DNA from: an uncultured virus (IMG/VR IMGVR_UViG_3300008108_000027) | Lineage: Duplodnaviria > Heunggongvirae > Uroviricota > Caudoviricetes | Length of the DNA stretch: 64,000 nt | Strand: one strand, 5' to 3' | Virus record (IMG/VR): IMGVR_UViG_3300008108_000027 | Part shown: piece after piece, positions 9,163 through 19,227 of the stretch | Layout of the letters: each line of letters opens with the position of its first letter | Numbering within the stretch: the stretch's first letter is position 1 | Notes under the pieces: model-generated | The model's database searches: none | Seen by the model: only the letters and a program-made list of their open reading frames with translations | Told to the model about the DNA's origin: nothing | Position numbers and translations under genes: made by a program

Positions 9163-9557
9163 ATATCTTTACTAATTGTTATATCTAAAAATTTATTAAA
9201 GTCTAAAATATAGTCATTTATATCATAGTTTGTTGAACAAACAACTAATATTTCACTATTTTCTGTCAAAAATTTTTGTGAGTCCCAAATTAGTTCAGGT
9301 ACTAATATTTGTTGACCAATTTCAAGTCTATATGTTTTTTCCGATTCACCATCATGTAATATAACATCAACAGAACCATTCACACAAATTATTAATTGTT
9401 TCGTTTCATGATGTGCATGATTACCTCTAATCTCATTAATTGGTACATTGTTTACTAAAAAGACTCTCTTGGGAATAAAGGGGAGATTGTGAAATTCAAT
9501 TGGTATTAACAATCCTCTTTCATCATTAAACACATTAATATTCTCAATTTTACGCAT
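9159..9557 (-). CDS. fdtA: dTDP-4-keto-6-deoxyhexose 3,4-ketoisomerase (FdtA/QdtA/WxcM-like cupin)
   Basis: DERGLLIPIE, PKRVF, RGNHAH, LVVCS..YD..DYI. Confidence 0.85.
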   Translation of the reverse strand: MRKIENINVFNDERGLLIPIEFHNLPFIPKRVFLVNNVPINEIRGNHAHHETKQLIICVNGSVDVILHDGESEKTYRLEIGQQILVPELIWDSQKFLTENSEILVVCSTNYDINDYILDFNKFLDITISKDI

Positions 9558-10473
9558 TATAACTTTTAATTATATTAATAATATATAAAACTTCTGAATT
9601 AGTCAATAATTCATTAAAAGGTATTGACACGGTTTTTTTAGATTTTAATTCAGACATTGGACATTTTATACTATCAATTGAATATACGGGGTTCATGTGT
9701 GCCGCATCATAATGTATACCACATAAAATATTATTTTTATACATATAATCAATAAAATTAGATCTATTTTCAACTTCAATTCTATATAAATGATTACTAG
9801 TATTTAAATAATTCAATTCCTTATTGTATGTTTCTCTAATCTCGCCTAATCTTTTTAACTTTGTATTATATGTTTTAAAATTTCTAAGAGCAATATCACA
9901 CTGTATACTATTCATATACATTTTATAACCAGGAAATTTAATTTTTCGATCCCAATTATTTTCAGCATACGACATACCATTTAATGCCAATTCTTTTAAT
10001 TCTATGATTTTTTCAAAATCATTTGAAACAATAATACCCCCGTCACAAGAACCGATTGGTTTTGTGGGGTAAAAACTGAATACCATTAAATCATTTGGAT
10101 TACATTCATTTTTAAATTGGTTCTTTTCTAGTTTTTGTGCCGAATCAATAACTTTATAATCACCAAAATCGTGTAATAAATATGAATCACCAACCCAATC
10201 TGTATTATCGGAAAAATTATGTTTATTTCCTGATGTTATTATTGCGTTAAGTACAACTGGTGGTATCATACTAGGTACCGTGATAGTTAAATTTTTATAT
10301 TTTGATAATAATAAAAATATCGCACTAGTTGCACTATTAAAACTAACAGCATATTTTGCACCAACATATTCTGAAATTTTTTCTTCAAATTCATTTACTA
10401 TCTTATCATGTAAAAGATTAGAATATTCACCAGTATTGATTATATGGTTATTTATGTTAAATAATTGTATCAT
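9550..10473 (-). CDS. DegT/DnrJ/EryC1/StrS PLP-dependent sugar aminotransferase
   Basis: FEEKISEYVGAKYAVSFNSATSA, DSAQ, FSFYPTKPIGSCDGG (PLP Lys), GIHY. Confidence 0.9.
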   Translation of the reverse strand: MIQLFNINNHIINTGEYSNLLHDKIVNEFEEKISEYVGAKYAVSFNSATSAIFLLLSKYKNLTITVPSMIPPVVLNAIITSGNKHNFSDNTDWVGDSYLLHDFGDYKVIDSAQKLEKNQFKNECNPNDLMVFSFYPTKPIGSCDGGIIVSNDFEKIIELKELALNGMSYAENNWDRKIKFPGYKMYMNSIQCDIALRNFKTYNTKLKRLGEIRETYNKELNYLNTSNHLYRIEVENRSNFIDYMYKNNILCGIHYDAAHMNPVYSIDSIKCPMSELKSKKTVSIPFNELLTNSEVLYIINIIKSYNA

Positions 10474-11063
10474 TTTTTTCTAATTACTACTTGATATTCT
10501 TTTTTAATTAATTCATACTGATTTTCATATTCGTTCAAAAATTTGTCAATACCAAAAGATGTTGCTTCTTCGTGGTACATTTTTCCCCAAGAGTAGTCAT
10601 CAAATATAATGACACCCCCTTTTTTACATAATTTAAATGAATTAATTGAATCAATATAGACTGCCGATGCTCTGTGATCACCATCAATATAAATTAAATC
10701 AAATTGTGATTCATATTTTTCTAACAATTGGGGAAAAACTTCTGAACTAATATTTCTATATAATTCTAATTTATTATTTTTAATGTGATGATTTGTATTA
10801 TTTATAAACCTATCATACTGATTATTAAAATATTTATAAATGGTATTGTTATTATGAACATCACTTTCCTTTAATTCTGTGTTTAAATAAACATCGGTCA
10901 GTGGATCGACACATATTAATTTACCATTTTCATTTAATATATTATCAATTATATAATTCGATGTTAGTCCTTCGAAACAACCGATTTCTAAACACAATGT
11001 TAAATTTTTAACACCGTTAGTATTAATTTTGAATTCATTATTCCAATCGTAAGTGTATTCCAT
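10470..11063 (-). CDS. Class I SAM methyltransferase (Methyltransf_24-like)
   Basis: LEIGCFEG, FDLIYIDGDH, GGVIIFDDY. Confidence 0.88.
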   Translation of the reverse strand: MEYTYDWNNEFKINTNGVKNLTLCLEIGCFEGLTSNYIIDNILNENGKLICVDPLTDVYLNTELKESDVHNNNTIYKYFNNQYDRFINNTNHHIKNNKLELYRNISSEVFPQLLEKYESQFDLIYIDGDHRASAVYIDSINSFKLCKKGGVIIFDDYSWGKMYHEEATSFGIDKFLNEYENQYELIKKEYQVVIRKK

Positions 11064-11068
11064 ATTTT

Positions 11069-11542
11069 TTATTTTTTTAATTTAAATTTTGCCATTGTAC
11101 CAACTTGTTCAACTAATTCTAAAAAATTTAAAGCATCTTGATATTCGGGTCTATTAAAATCATGAATGAAAATAATTGTGTTATCGTGTGACATTAATTT
11201 CACAACTGAAGCACAAGAAACCCTTGCTCTACCATCAATTAAGATAACATCAAAAGGTCCTTTATCTAAAGGTGCCTCAATATAAGATTTAAATTCTTCG
11301 TATGTACCACAATGTCCACCCTCTACATATGGTAAGTCAGGTTTTTTTAATATTATCTCGCAATTAGATAATAATCCATCTTGTAATTTATTATACCAAT
11401 CTTCTTGATGTTCTATCGAAATTATATTTAAACACTTATCGGCAATTTCAAATGTCGATTGACCAGAGCCATATTCTAGTACTTTTTTTGTTTTATCTAT
11501 TTCGGCTAAAAAAAAGACTGATTCATTTGTTGTTGTAAACAT
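11069..11542 (-). CDS. SAM methyltransferase, probably a sugar O-methyltransferase
   Basis: VLEYGSGQST, DVILIDGRAR, IHD. Confidence 0.8.
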   Translation of the reverse strand: MFTTTNESVFFLAEIDKTKKVLEYGSGQSTFEIADKCLNIISIEHQEDWYNKLQDGLLSNCEIILKKPDLPYVEGGHCGTYEEFKSYIEAPLDKGPFDVILIDGRARVSCASVVKLMSHDNTIIFIHDFNRPEYQDALNFLELVEQVGTMAKFKLKK

Positions 11543-11558
11543 ATTATATTGTATTATA

Positions 11559-12311
11559 TTATTTTAGTTCGATATAACATATCCAAGTGTAATCTTTTTT
11601 TTCTTCAAAAAAAGTGGGATACTTTTCGTTATCGTTTATTGTTAATAAAGGTTCTGGTGTTGGATAATTTTCATCCCAATTATCACCCCATCTTGTTATC
11701 TCTGATTTAAATAATGGTGGCATTTCTTGATAAACCGAAACATTTTCTTTAAAATAATCTAAATCTGAATCGTTCTTATCATACCAAGTTTTAATTCCGT
11801 CCAAGTCAATAACATATCTGGTGTTGGATAATATTTTTTTTGGTGTATAACAGTCACCTAACTGATAAGGATAATTATCTTCAGTCATAAAAACCTTAAA
11901 ACCCAATGATTTGGCATGTTTTAGTCTCTCTAAAAAATTTTGATGATCATCAAAAAAAATCATAGTATCTTCTTTTGGTATGTGATCCCAATCAGTTTTT
12001 AAAAAATCTAATGTTTGATATGTGACTTTAGGACTCGTATAAACTCTAAAATGTGGTGAAGGGTCAATAGATATTATTTTTGTATCTGGACTAGCTTGTT
12101 CAAAAAACCAAGTGCCAAGTCCTTTCCATACACCACTCTCAATTAGATATTTAGGTTTAAGTTTTTTAACAACATACCAAGCCGAAAACATGTGTCCAGA
12201 TTTCATACCACCATTATTGTCTTTTATGGGTCTTGATTCGTATAATGTCTTAAATTCATCTAAATGTTTTAACATATCTACTCTATCCCATTTGCTTAAA
12301 AATTCAGTCAT
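11559..12311 (-). CDS. Methyltransferase-like protein
   Basis: IESGVWKGLGTW, IISIDP, FFDDH, EDNY. Confidence 0.65.
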   Translation of the reverse strand: MTEFLSKWDRVDMLKHLDEFKTLYESRPIKDNNGGMKSGHMFSAWYVVKKLKPKYLIESGVWKGLGTWFFEQASPDTKIISIDPSPHFRVYTSPKVTYQTLDFLKTDWDHIPKEDTMIFFDDHQNFLERLKHAKSLGFKVFMTEDNYPYQLGDCYTPKKILSNTRYVIDLDGIKTWYDKNDSDLDYFKENVSVYQEMPPLFKSEITRWGDNWDENYPTPEPLLTINDNEKYPTFFEEKKDYTWICYIELK

Positions 12312-12904
12312 TTGTTTTTTTCTTTAAATAAATAATTATTATCAATATTATTAATTATATAACCATATTTTTCACATAAATAAATCAAATTATTTTTATT
12401 GTGAAAATATCTATATGTTGTAATTTCATCATACGCATCATATGTTTCGTAATAGCTAGGTTTATCGGTTATTTCCATTCTACCTATTAATAATTTTTTT
12501 GGTGATAGTTTTAACATATTTTCTAATACATCATCACCATTTGGTAGTACATCCAATAAGGCACCTATATGAATCATATCAAAATTATTTATATAATCTG
12601 ACGATAATTCATTTATATCTTTAACATAGAATTCTTCGTAATTCCATTTATTTTTGGCCAATTCAATTGCATCAGACGAATAATCTATTCCAGTATATTT
12701 TATATTATTAAACTCCCTATTACATAATTCATAGTAAGTACCACATCCACAACCAATATCTAAAATGGATGTGGGTTTTTCTTGGATGATAAATTTAATA
12801 AAATCCATCCAATGTTGTGGGTAGTTATTTGATAGTTGTTTTATATTTAATTCTAATTGTTTTTCAAAAACGTTTTTATTTTTCCAAGAATCAATTAATG
12901 CCAT
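12308..12904 (-). CDS. Class I SAM methyltransferase
   Basis: ILDIGCGCG, YTGIDYS..AIELAK. Confidence 0.88.
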   Translation of the reverse strand: MALIDSWKNKNVFEKQLELNIKQLSNNYPQHWMDFIKFIIQEKPTSILDIGCGCGTYYELCNREFNNIKYTGIDYSSDAIELAKNKWNYEEFYVKDINELSSDYINNFDMIHIGALLDVLPNGDDVLENMLKLSPKKLLIGRMEITDKPSYYETYDAYDEITTYRYFHNKNNLIYLCEKYGYIINNIDNNYLFKEKNK

Positions 12905-13781
12905 ATTTTTTAATTTGATTTTTAAATTTAATAAGTAAATTATCCATATTATTTTTTATTGATTCTGGATGTTCGCCAATAAATTCACTTGTTTTACATT
13001 CACCGCGAACGTGTGGTTTAAATTCGTGTACACCATTCCACATTTCTTCAATATAATTTTTTTTATCGATATCACCAGTAACCCAAGGTAGATAAACATC
13101 ATTAAAATAATTATCAATACAATTATTTCGACTAACACTATCTTTATAATAATTTACTTTCTTATAAACTTGGTCAGGAAAAACATATGAATAATGATAC
13201 ATCTGTACCCCCAATTTTTCAAATAATTGATCACTATCGATATGTTTTCTTACGATATTTGATGTTACCGGATATTGAATTGTGGGTGGTCTATGTGTTA
13301 ACCATGTTGACCCCTTTGTATATTTAAACACTCTTAAAAAGTTATCTCTGTTTAATTCAAAACCAGTTAAATAATGATTAAACCCACCATAAAAAGAACA
13401 ACTTCTAATGCCGACACTTGTCGGTTGTTCTTCTTTTAAAAATTCGATCATTTTAACCAAATCTTCAGTTTTATAAACCTCATCTGAATCTAAATTCCAT
13501 ATATAATCAATATCATCATTAATATGTTCCATGTACGCCCTACATTGATCATCTTTTTCAGTAAACTGACCATGTACAATTTTTATTTTATTCTCGGGAT
13601 CTGGAAATTCATTTAATATTTTATTTGTTTCGTCAGTAGAGGTTGTCCTACCTTGCCTTTGCCAATAAGAAACTGGCCCTTCCGCAATTAAAATTTGACT
13701 TGCAAATGGATAAACCTGTTCTAAACATTCTTTTAAAACATAATCACCCTCAAAAATTATCATACCAAATGCTATCTTCAT
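12891..13781 (-). CDS. GT-A fold glycosyltransferase
   Basis: IAEGP, STDET, WNLDSDE (DxD), YHYSYV. Confidence 0.8.
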   Translation of the reverse strand: MKIAFGMIIFEGDYVLKECLEQVYPFASQILIAEGPVSYWQRQGRTTSTDETNKILNEFPDPENKIKIVHGQFTEKDDQCRAYMEHINDDIDYIWNLDSDEVYKTEDLVKMIEFLKEEQPTSVGIRSCSFYGGFNHYLTGFELNRDNFLRVFKYTKGSTWLTHRPPTIQYPVTSNIVRKHIDSDQLFEKLGVQMYHYSYVFPDQVYKKVNYYKDSVSRNNCIDNYFNDVYLPWVTGDIDKKNYIEEMWNGVHEFKPHVRGECKTSEFIGEHPESIKNNMDNLLIKFKNQIKKYGIN

Positions 13782-13793
13782 TAGTTTTGTTTT

Positions 13794-14663
13794 TTAATTG
13801 TAATATTTAATTTTGGTTTCTTTTAATTTATTGTAATAATCATCATATATCAATTTTAAAGACTTAACGTTTGTATACATTTCAATTGGTGTATAGATAT
13901 GATGTTGTGTTGATGGTATATACCCATTTTCACGGAAATCAAATTGTGAAAAATGTGTAAAAATAAGTTTTTGTTTTCTTCCTTCCCAAATAATATTATG
14001 ATTAGATTCATAATCTGAATAATCATATAATTGCCATTGCCAAGGTGCTCCGTGTCCAATTTCACCATCTATAAATATTAAATCACTCGGACACATATTT
14101 GGAAACTCATCTAAATATTTTTGATCTCCACAGGTTGCTAAATGTGGATATTTTTGATTTAAAACCGCATCTGACCACCAGTTTAGTATTTTCTTACCTA
14201 TTGTTCCATTTTTAAAAAAAACAATCCCGACATTATAAAAACCTTCATCTCTACTATAATTTAATGGAAATTGTCTATGTCTGAAAATACCAATTTCTTT
14301 ATTTCCAATTGAATTTAAAATAACATCAACGTCATCGTGTAATAAAATATCACTATCAATGTACATTATGTCGCCAATATTTTTATTAATTAAAAAATTT
14401 GAAAAATATGAAGCTAAAGACCAACAGAAATATCTGTAATTACTATTTTTTAATTTTAGTAATATCTCATCGTTTGATAAAAGTTCTGAGACATTATAAA
14501 TAATTAATGTTTCTGATTCATGTTTTTTTGCAATTTCATAGCTTTGATCATCAATACATAAATAATGTAGTTTAAAATTTTTTGAATATTTCAATAGGGA
14601 TTCATATAATGTTAAACCCTTTATTAAATAATTTATATCTGAAACTGTACAAATGTTTATCAT
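13794..14663 (-). CDS. Glycosyltransferase (GT8/nucleotide-diphospho-sugar transferase-like)
   Basis: YIDSDI (DxD), YNVG, WW, GDQKYLD, APW, HFS. Confidence 0.85.
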   Translation of the reverse strand: MINICTVSDINYLIKGLTLYESLLKYSKNFKLHYLCIDDQSYEIAKKHESETLIIYNVSELLSNDEILLKLKNSNYRYFCWSLASYFSNFLINKNIGDIMYIDSDILLHDDVDVILNSIGNKEIGIFRHRQFPLNYSRDEGFYNVGIVFFKNGTIGKKILNWWSDAVLNQKYPHLATCGDQKYLDEFPNMCPSDLIFIDGEIGHGAPWQWQLYDYSDYESNHNIIWEGRKQKLIFTHFSQFDFRENGYIPSTQHHIYTPIEMYTNVKSLKLIYDDYYNKLKETKIKYYN

Positions 14664-15325
14664 AAATAAAAATTTTTTTCTTGTCTTCTTTTAAATGTTA
14701 AAAAATCATCACCGTAGTGTGTTTCGTTTCTCTGATATAAAGAATCAAATTCATTGGATTTATCAACACTGTGATGTTTATGTCTTATGATAACTTTACT
14801 ATTATAAACTTGTTTTTTTAACATATTACCGACAATTGTAAATTCATTATCAGACCATAAAGATTTATATTCTGGATTGTATATGTAATTAAATCTATCA
14901 TAATATTTTTTACCTAAAATACACAACGTATTCAAATTATCTCCATGATTTCCATCATTAAACCATAAAATACCGTCGGTATCAACGAAGTTTTTTTTCA
15001 TTTCATCTCTTATTATTTCATCATAATTTTTTATTTCTGGCACCATATCATCAGAAGCCAATAAAATAATATCATACTCTATATCACTAAAACCATTATT
15101 TATTGCTTCTATTTTACTTTTATTTTGATTAAATACTAATCTTGTATTTTTAAGTTTACTTATCTCGTTTTTAATATCATTATTATTCATTAACTGATCA
15201 TCAACATCACAACTGACATTAATAAAATAATTTTCATTATCACTTAATAAATCATTATAAATTTTTAAAACATTTAAAAATTTAATGGGTCTGTTTCTAG
15301 TTGGAAATTGTATTAATAATTTCAT
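14660..15325 (-). CDS. GT2-like glycosyltransferase
   Basis: PTRNRP, KIEAIN, LASDDM, YKSLWSDNE, HKH. Confidence 0.82.
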   Translation of the reverse strand: MKLLIQFPTRNRPIKFLNVLKIYNDLLSDNENYFINVSCDVDDQLMNNNDIKNEISKLKNTRLVFNQNKSKIEAINNGFSDIEYDIILLASDDMVPEIKNYDEIIRDEMKKNFVDTDGILWFNDGNHGDNLNTLCILGKKYYDRFNYIYNPEYKSLWSDNEFTIVGNMLKKQVYNSKVIIRHKHHSVDKSNEFDSLYQRNETHYGDDFLTFKRRQEKNFYL

Positions 15326-16032
15326 ACGTATGCGGGTTTAAATTTTTCATTATTACCATGAACTGTTATTTCATATCTTTGAGTGTTCCATATATTCTCA
15401 TCAGGAATTATGTTAAAACTAATGTTTAGTTTCCATAATGTAAATGGTAGAGATACCTGACATTGTGGATAAATCATTCCAAATTTCATTATTTCTTTAA
15501 ACCATAATTTATTAAATTCAATAACATCTAAATATCTGTTGTTTCTTAAAAGAAATCCACTTTGGTATAGTCCATTATTTTCTGGATAGTTATGTAAATT
15601 CTTATATTCATTTAATTGAGGTAATATTTTTTCTTTTGAATATTTTGGTATTGTCAAACTATATATACCTTCTTGGTATATACAATTTCTCGGGAACCCA
15701 GCCAAACAAAAATGTTTATATAATAAAATTTTATCTGATTTAAAATTTTTAAATAAAAAATTAACGTAGTCTTTATCTTTTATAACAAAATTAGCATCTA
15801 ACCAAATAGTGTAATCGTAATCTGGTAAGTAATTGTGTGAAAGACATTTTATTTTTTTATATGAAACAGCCGGTGGAACATTATTATCTTTTTCGATATA
15901 TATTATCTTCCAATCATCCGATTTTAAATCGGGATTATCGGTGAAACATATATAATCTAATCCATCTATTTTTTCTGGTGGTTTTAGTGTTTCGTAATCA
16001 CCAAATATCGCCGTATATAAACAAATTTTCAT
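15322..16032 (-). CDS. DUF616 (TOD1/MUCI70-like) glycosyltransferase
   Basis: YTAIFGDYE, YICFTD, IWLDAN, RNCIYQE, QVSLPF. Confidence 0.82.
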   Translation of the reverse strand: MKICLYTAIFGDYETLKPPEKIDGLDYICFTDNPDLKSDDWKIIYIEKDNNVPPAVSYKKIKCLSHNYLPDYDYTIWLDANFVIKDKDYVNFLFKNFKSDKILLYKHFCLAGFPRNCIYQEGIYSLTIPKYSKEKILPQLNEYKNLHNYPENNGLYQSGFLLRNNRYLDVIEFNKLWFKEIMKFGMIYPQCQVSLPFTLWKLNISFNIIPDENIWNTQRYEITVHGNNEKFKPAYV

Positions 16033-16805
16033 TATAAATTAATATTAAAAATATTATCAACTAATTTTGTTCTTTCATTACCGGGCGGTGTTGTGGTAAA
16101 AAAAATGTCACCTAATTTATATTCGTCGTACATTTTTAAAAATTCATCAATGTTTTTAAAAGCATCCTTAGAAGAACTATTTATTAATTTTGTTTTTATA
16201 TTTTTTCTAACATAACTCATGTGATGCATCTCCATTTCATCTCTAGTTAATATTAATGGTTTATTTGAATCCATTCTACGAGTTGGGTCCACCAATACAG
16301 GTGATATGTTTCCAAACTTATATGTAGAATTATTTAATATTTTAAAAATCAAAGAAACATAATATGTGTTATATGGAAAAATTTCATATGTGGGTTCTTT
16401 AAAATAAGTCTTCATCTGACAATATGATGAATCATAGTCCCCATCTATTAGTTTATTTTTTAGATATTTGAATTGTTCCAATAAATAAAATTCATCGGAA
16501 TCCATACTCATATGGTGAGTACATCTATTTCCTTGGGAAATATAAAGACCAATATTTCTTTTTACAATTTCGTTGTAATGTCCACCATTCTCGATCTTTG
16601 GTTTGTATTCGTATAACTCATCAACTAAACCTTCCGATTTTAATCTATTGAGTAATGGTATCAATTCTTCATTACATTTATTTCCAAAATTAGATATTGT
16701 CTGATAAACAACTGAAATATAATCGACTTCTGATCTTATTTGCTTAATAGAACCTTCGAGTAATTCTTCTCCATCAAATATGTTATAACTTACACCTAAA
16801 CGCAT
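16032..16805 (-). CDS. GT-A fold glycosyltransferase-like protein
   Basis: SYNIFDGEELL, KRNIG, MDSDEFY (DxD), DPTR, MHHMSYVR. Confidence 0.78.
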   Translation of the reverse strand: MRLGVSYNIFDGEELLEGSIKQIRSEVDYISVVYQTISNFGNKCNEELIPLLNRLKSEGLVDELYEYKPKIENGGHYNEIVKRNIGLYISQGNRCTHHMSMDSDEFYLLEQFKYLKNKLIDGDYDSSYCQMKTYFKEPTYEIFPYNTYYVSLIFKILNNSTYKFGNISPVLVDPTRRMDSNKPLILTRDEMEMHHMSYVRKNIKTKLINSSSKDAFKNIDEFLKMYDEYKLGDIFFTTTPPGNERTKLVDNIFNINL

Positions 16806-16807
16806 AA

Positions 16808-16840
16808 AAAAATATTCACTAAAATATAATGAATATTTTT
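16808..16840. repeat. Inverted repeat at the head of the glycan operon
   Basis: AAAAATATTCA-11 nt-TGAATATTTTT. Confidence 0.45.
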
Positions 16841-16869
16841 CAAAATAAAAAGTATTTTATCTTTTTTTT

Positions 16870-17115
16870 TTAATCGGTTAAATCGGTAAAAAATCCTTTG
16901 GTTGTTAAATCCTCAGAATTGTTTTTAGATCTTTCTTCTGCTCTGGCAATCTCCTTTTCTGTGAATAGAAGACATCTTTCGTTTTTACCGTCAGCATCTT
17001 CTACCCAAACGGAAACATATTTAGCAGAAGCGTTTGAAAACTTCTTCTTTTCAGTATTCCAAACTCTGATTAATCTACCTGATTTAACTTTTACCTTGTC
17101 AATTAAACTAGCCAT
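16870..17115 (-). CDS. Hypothetical protein
   Basis: 81 aa; TATTTAT at 17128-17134. Confidence 0.75.
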   Translation of the reverse strand: MASLIDKVKVKSGRLIRVWNTEKKKFSNASAKYVSVWVEDADGKNERCLLFTEKEIARAEERSKNNSEDLTTKGFFTDLTD

Positions 17116-17134
17116 ATGTTTTTATTTATAAATA

Positions 17135-17377
17135 TCATGCGAAAAAATAAAGTACCGCACCTAATGAAGTTACACCAGCATCGACCCAATCAAATTTTTC
17201 TTTTTGATAAAATCTATCATAACATTCTTTAAGTAATCCTGCAATTGTTGCCACACCTAAACAAATAAATCCTAGTGTTGGTTGTGTGAAAAAATCAAAC
17301 CGAGCGTTTATAATTACAATTAAAAGGGATAATGCGAATCCTGCGGTAAAATGCATTGCTTTGTCTTGTGGTATCAT
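17135..17377 (-). CDS. Small membrane protein (DKxxHF...KE..D, VanZ/YfiM-like)
   Basis: DKAMHFTAG, GLLKECYD, FDWVD; hydrophobic. Confidence 0.65.
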   Translation of the reverse strand: MIPQDKAMHFTAGFALSLLIVIINARFDFFTQPTLGFICLGVATIAGLLKECYDRFYQKEKFDWVDAGVTSLGAVLYFFA

Positions 17378-17388
17378 ATTTTGTTTTT

Positions 17389-18315
17389 TTAATATCCTAC
17401 TAAGTTTCTTATTATTAGACTATCGTTTTGAATACTAGTACATCCAAATGAATTAGGTCCTATCCACCAATATCCAGGTCTTGAATAAGAATTACCCATG
17501 ATAGGTGCTCTACCTGTTGTAGAATTTCCAAAACCTGCGAAATATTCTGCAAGAAAATTACAATTAGCATCATAATTTGCTTGGTGGTACAATCCAAAAG
17601 TGTGTCCTACCTCATGAGATGAAGCTTCCCAAATAGATTTTTGTCTATATCCTAATGCTTTACTAAATACAAAAGCAACTACCTCTTCACCCCATTTTAT
17701 TGATTCTATAAAAGCGACACCTCCTGCACAAGCTGTTGGTCCACAATACCATTCATAGTTTTCTGTAATTATCAATCTCTGTCTACGAACAATAGAAGCA
17801 TTATTATAAACACTAGAGTCTGTAGTGACATTGATGTTTTTAAATTGAGCAAAGTCAGTGGTTATAGAATCTACAATGTTTTTTATTTCTGTTGAACTAA
17901 GTCCTGATGGTGTAGCATAAAATGGTAAACCTCCGTTTTGCCCTATCCAATAAGGACTATTTACATATTCCCCATCAAAATCTAAAAATATAACCCAGTT
18001 TCCTGTACCAACAATAGGTGGAAATGGTGTTGCATCACAAGCGTCTCCTATACCATCTTTATCACTATCTAATTGATCGGGGTTAAATGTGACAGAACAG
18101 TTATCCTGTGTATTAGGTATACCATCTTTGTCTGTGTCCCTTACTCTTGTTCTAAGTGCAATCTGTTGTTCTTGTGGAGACATTCTAGCAACGGTATTGT
18201 AATTACCGTTTAGAAAGTCACATGATTCTGGTTTATTTTTTAATGTAAAATTGTTTGTTATTTTTTGACAAGAAAAAAACAAAAATAGAATAAAAAAAAG
18301 ATAGGTATTTTTCAT
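17389..18315 (-). CDS. Lipoprotein with thrombospondin type-3 repeats and a metzincin zinc metalloprotease domain
   Basis: Lipobox FFSC; DTDKDGIPNTQDNC...NPDQLDSDKDGIGDACD; HEVGHTFGLYH and Met-turn APIMG. Confidence 0.88.
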   Translation of the reverse strand: MKNTYLFFILFLFFSCQKITNNFTLKNKPESCDFLNGNYNTVARMSPQEQQIALRTRVRDTDKDGIPNTQDNCSVTFNPDQLDSDKDGIGDACDATPFPPIVGTGNWVIFLDFDGEYVNSPYWIGQNGGLPFYATPSGLSSTEIKNIVDSITTDFAQFKNINVTTDSSVYNNASIVRRQRLIITENYEWYCGPTACAGGVAFIESIKWGEEVVAFVFSKALGYRQKSIWEASSHEVGHTFGLYHQANYDANCNFLAEYFAGFGNSTTGRAPIMGNSYSRPGYWWIGPNSFGCTSIQNDSLIIRNLVGY

Positions 18316-18355
18316 AGGATATTGTTTACTATAAATATCATATGAAAATTAAATT

Positions 18356-18775
18356 TTATATGATTTTATACCACCACAACCAACCTAACAACCTAACAAC
18401 ATAATATCTTAATTTATTATCAAACTTGTTTGAATTGGTGATATTTGTCCAAAACAACATTTCTTTATCACATTCCTTTCTTGTCATGTTGTGATTTCTA
18501 TTAACATATAAAACGTCGTGTACTAAATAACCAAATAGACCGTCATTATATGGTCTCACAATTGACCACAACCATTTAGGTACTGTGGACATATCATAAT
18601 AAAATCCTTTGGGGATGTTTATGATTTTACCACTACTTAATACTACCGTAATTGGTTGTGCTATTTTCCAATATTTGGAACTATTATCGGAATATACGTA
18701 GGATTGGATAATTAATTCGTCGGTTAGTAGTTTTTCGACTACATTATCTTTAGTTATATAACCTCGACTTACCAC
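18356..18775 (-). CDS. DUF1353 family protein
   Basis: IPKGFYYDMSTVPKWLW, VHDVLY, RKECD. Confidence 0.82.
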   Translation of the reverse strand: MVSRGYITKDNVVEKLLTDELIIQSYVYSDNSSKYWKIAQPITVVLSSGKIINIPKGFYYDMSTVPKWLWSIVRPYNDGLFGYLVHDVLYVNRNHNMTRKECDKEMLFWTNITNSNKFDNKLRYYVVRLLGWLWWYKII

Positions 18776-19133
18776 TTTGAATTGAATTAGTTATCAACGC
18801 AAAATTATTATTTCTTATCTCGGTAACATTCTCTGAAAGTTGAATCCAATTAGGATCATTATTACTCACACCTGTCACTATTTGTGATTGTAATAAAGTT
18901 AACATTTCTGTATTTATTTCATTATAACTACCTTCAGGTTTTTGAGACAAAATGTTAAAAACGGTTGTTACAGTATTAACATCGGACTCAATAGTTACTA
19001 AATCGTCATCACCAACACCAATACAACCATCTTTTATTTTGTGTAATGTTGAAAACGAACTATATGCTGCAAATCCGAATAATATTTCAGCAATTAAGTA
19101 AAAATGTTTTGCTTTTAATTCTATTTGTATCAT
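18750..19133 (-). CDS. Hypothetical protein
   Basis: 127 aa; TATTTAT at 19146-19152. Confidence 0.7.
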   Translation of the reverse strand: MIQIELKAKHFYLIAEILFGFAAYSSFSTLHKIKDGCIGVGDDDLVTIESDVNTVTTVFNILSQKPEGSYNEINTEMLTLLQSQIVTGVSNNDPNWIQLSENVTEIRNNNFALITNSIQSGKSRLYN

Positions 19134-19227
19134 TGTATTTTATTTATAAATATTTAGTTTATTGTAATTTTATAAAAAGTAACTTAAATTAATTTCACTT
19201 CTTAATGTTTGGTTACTTCCACCATAA

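Noticed and set aside
7645..16805. Bacterial chromosomal O-antigen locus (contamination or chimera)
   Set aside because: No wzx/wzy/ABC exporter genes; the locus is flanked by phage-type genes and promoter motifs with similar composition.
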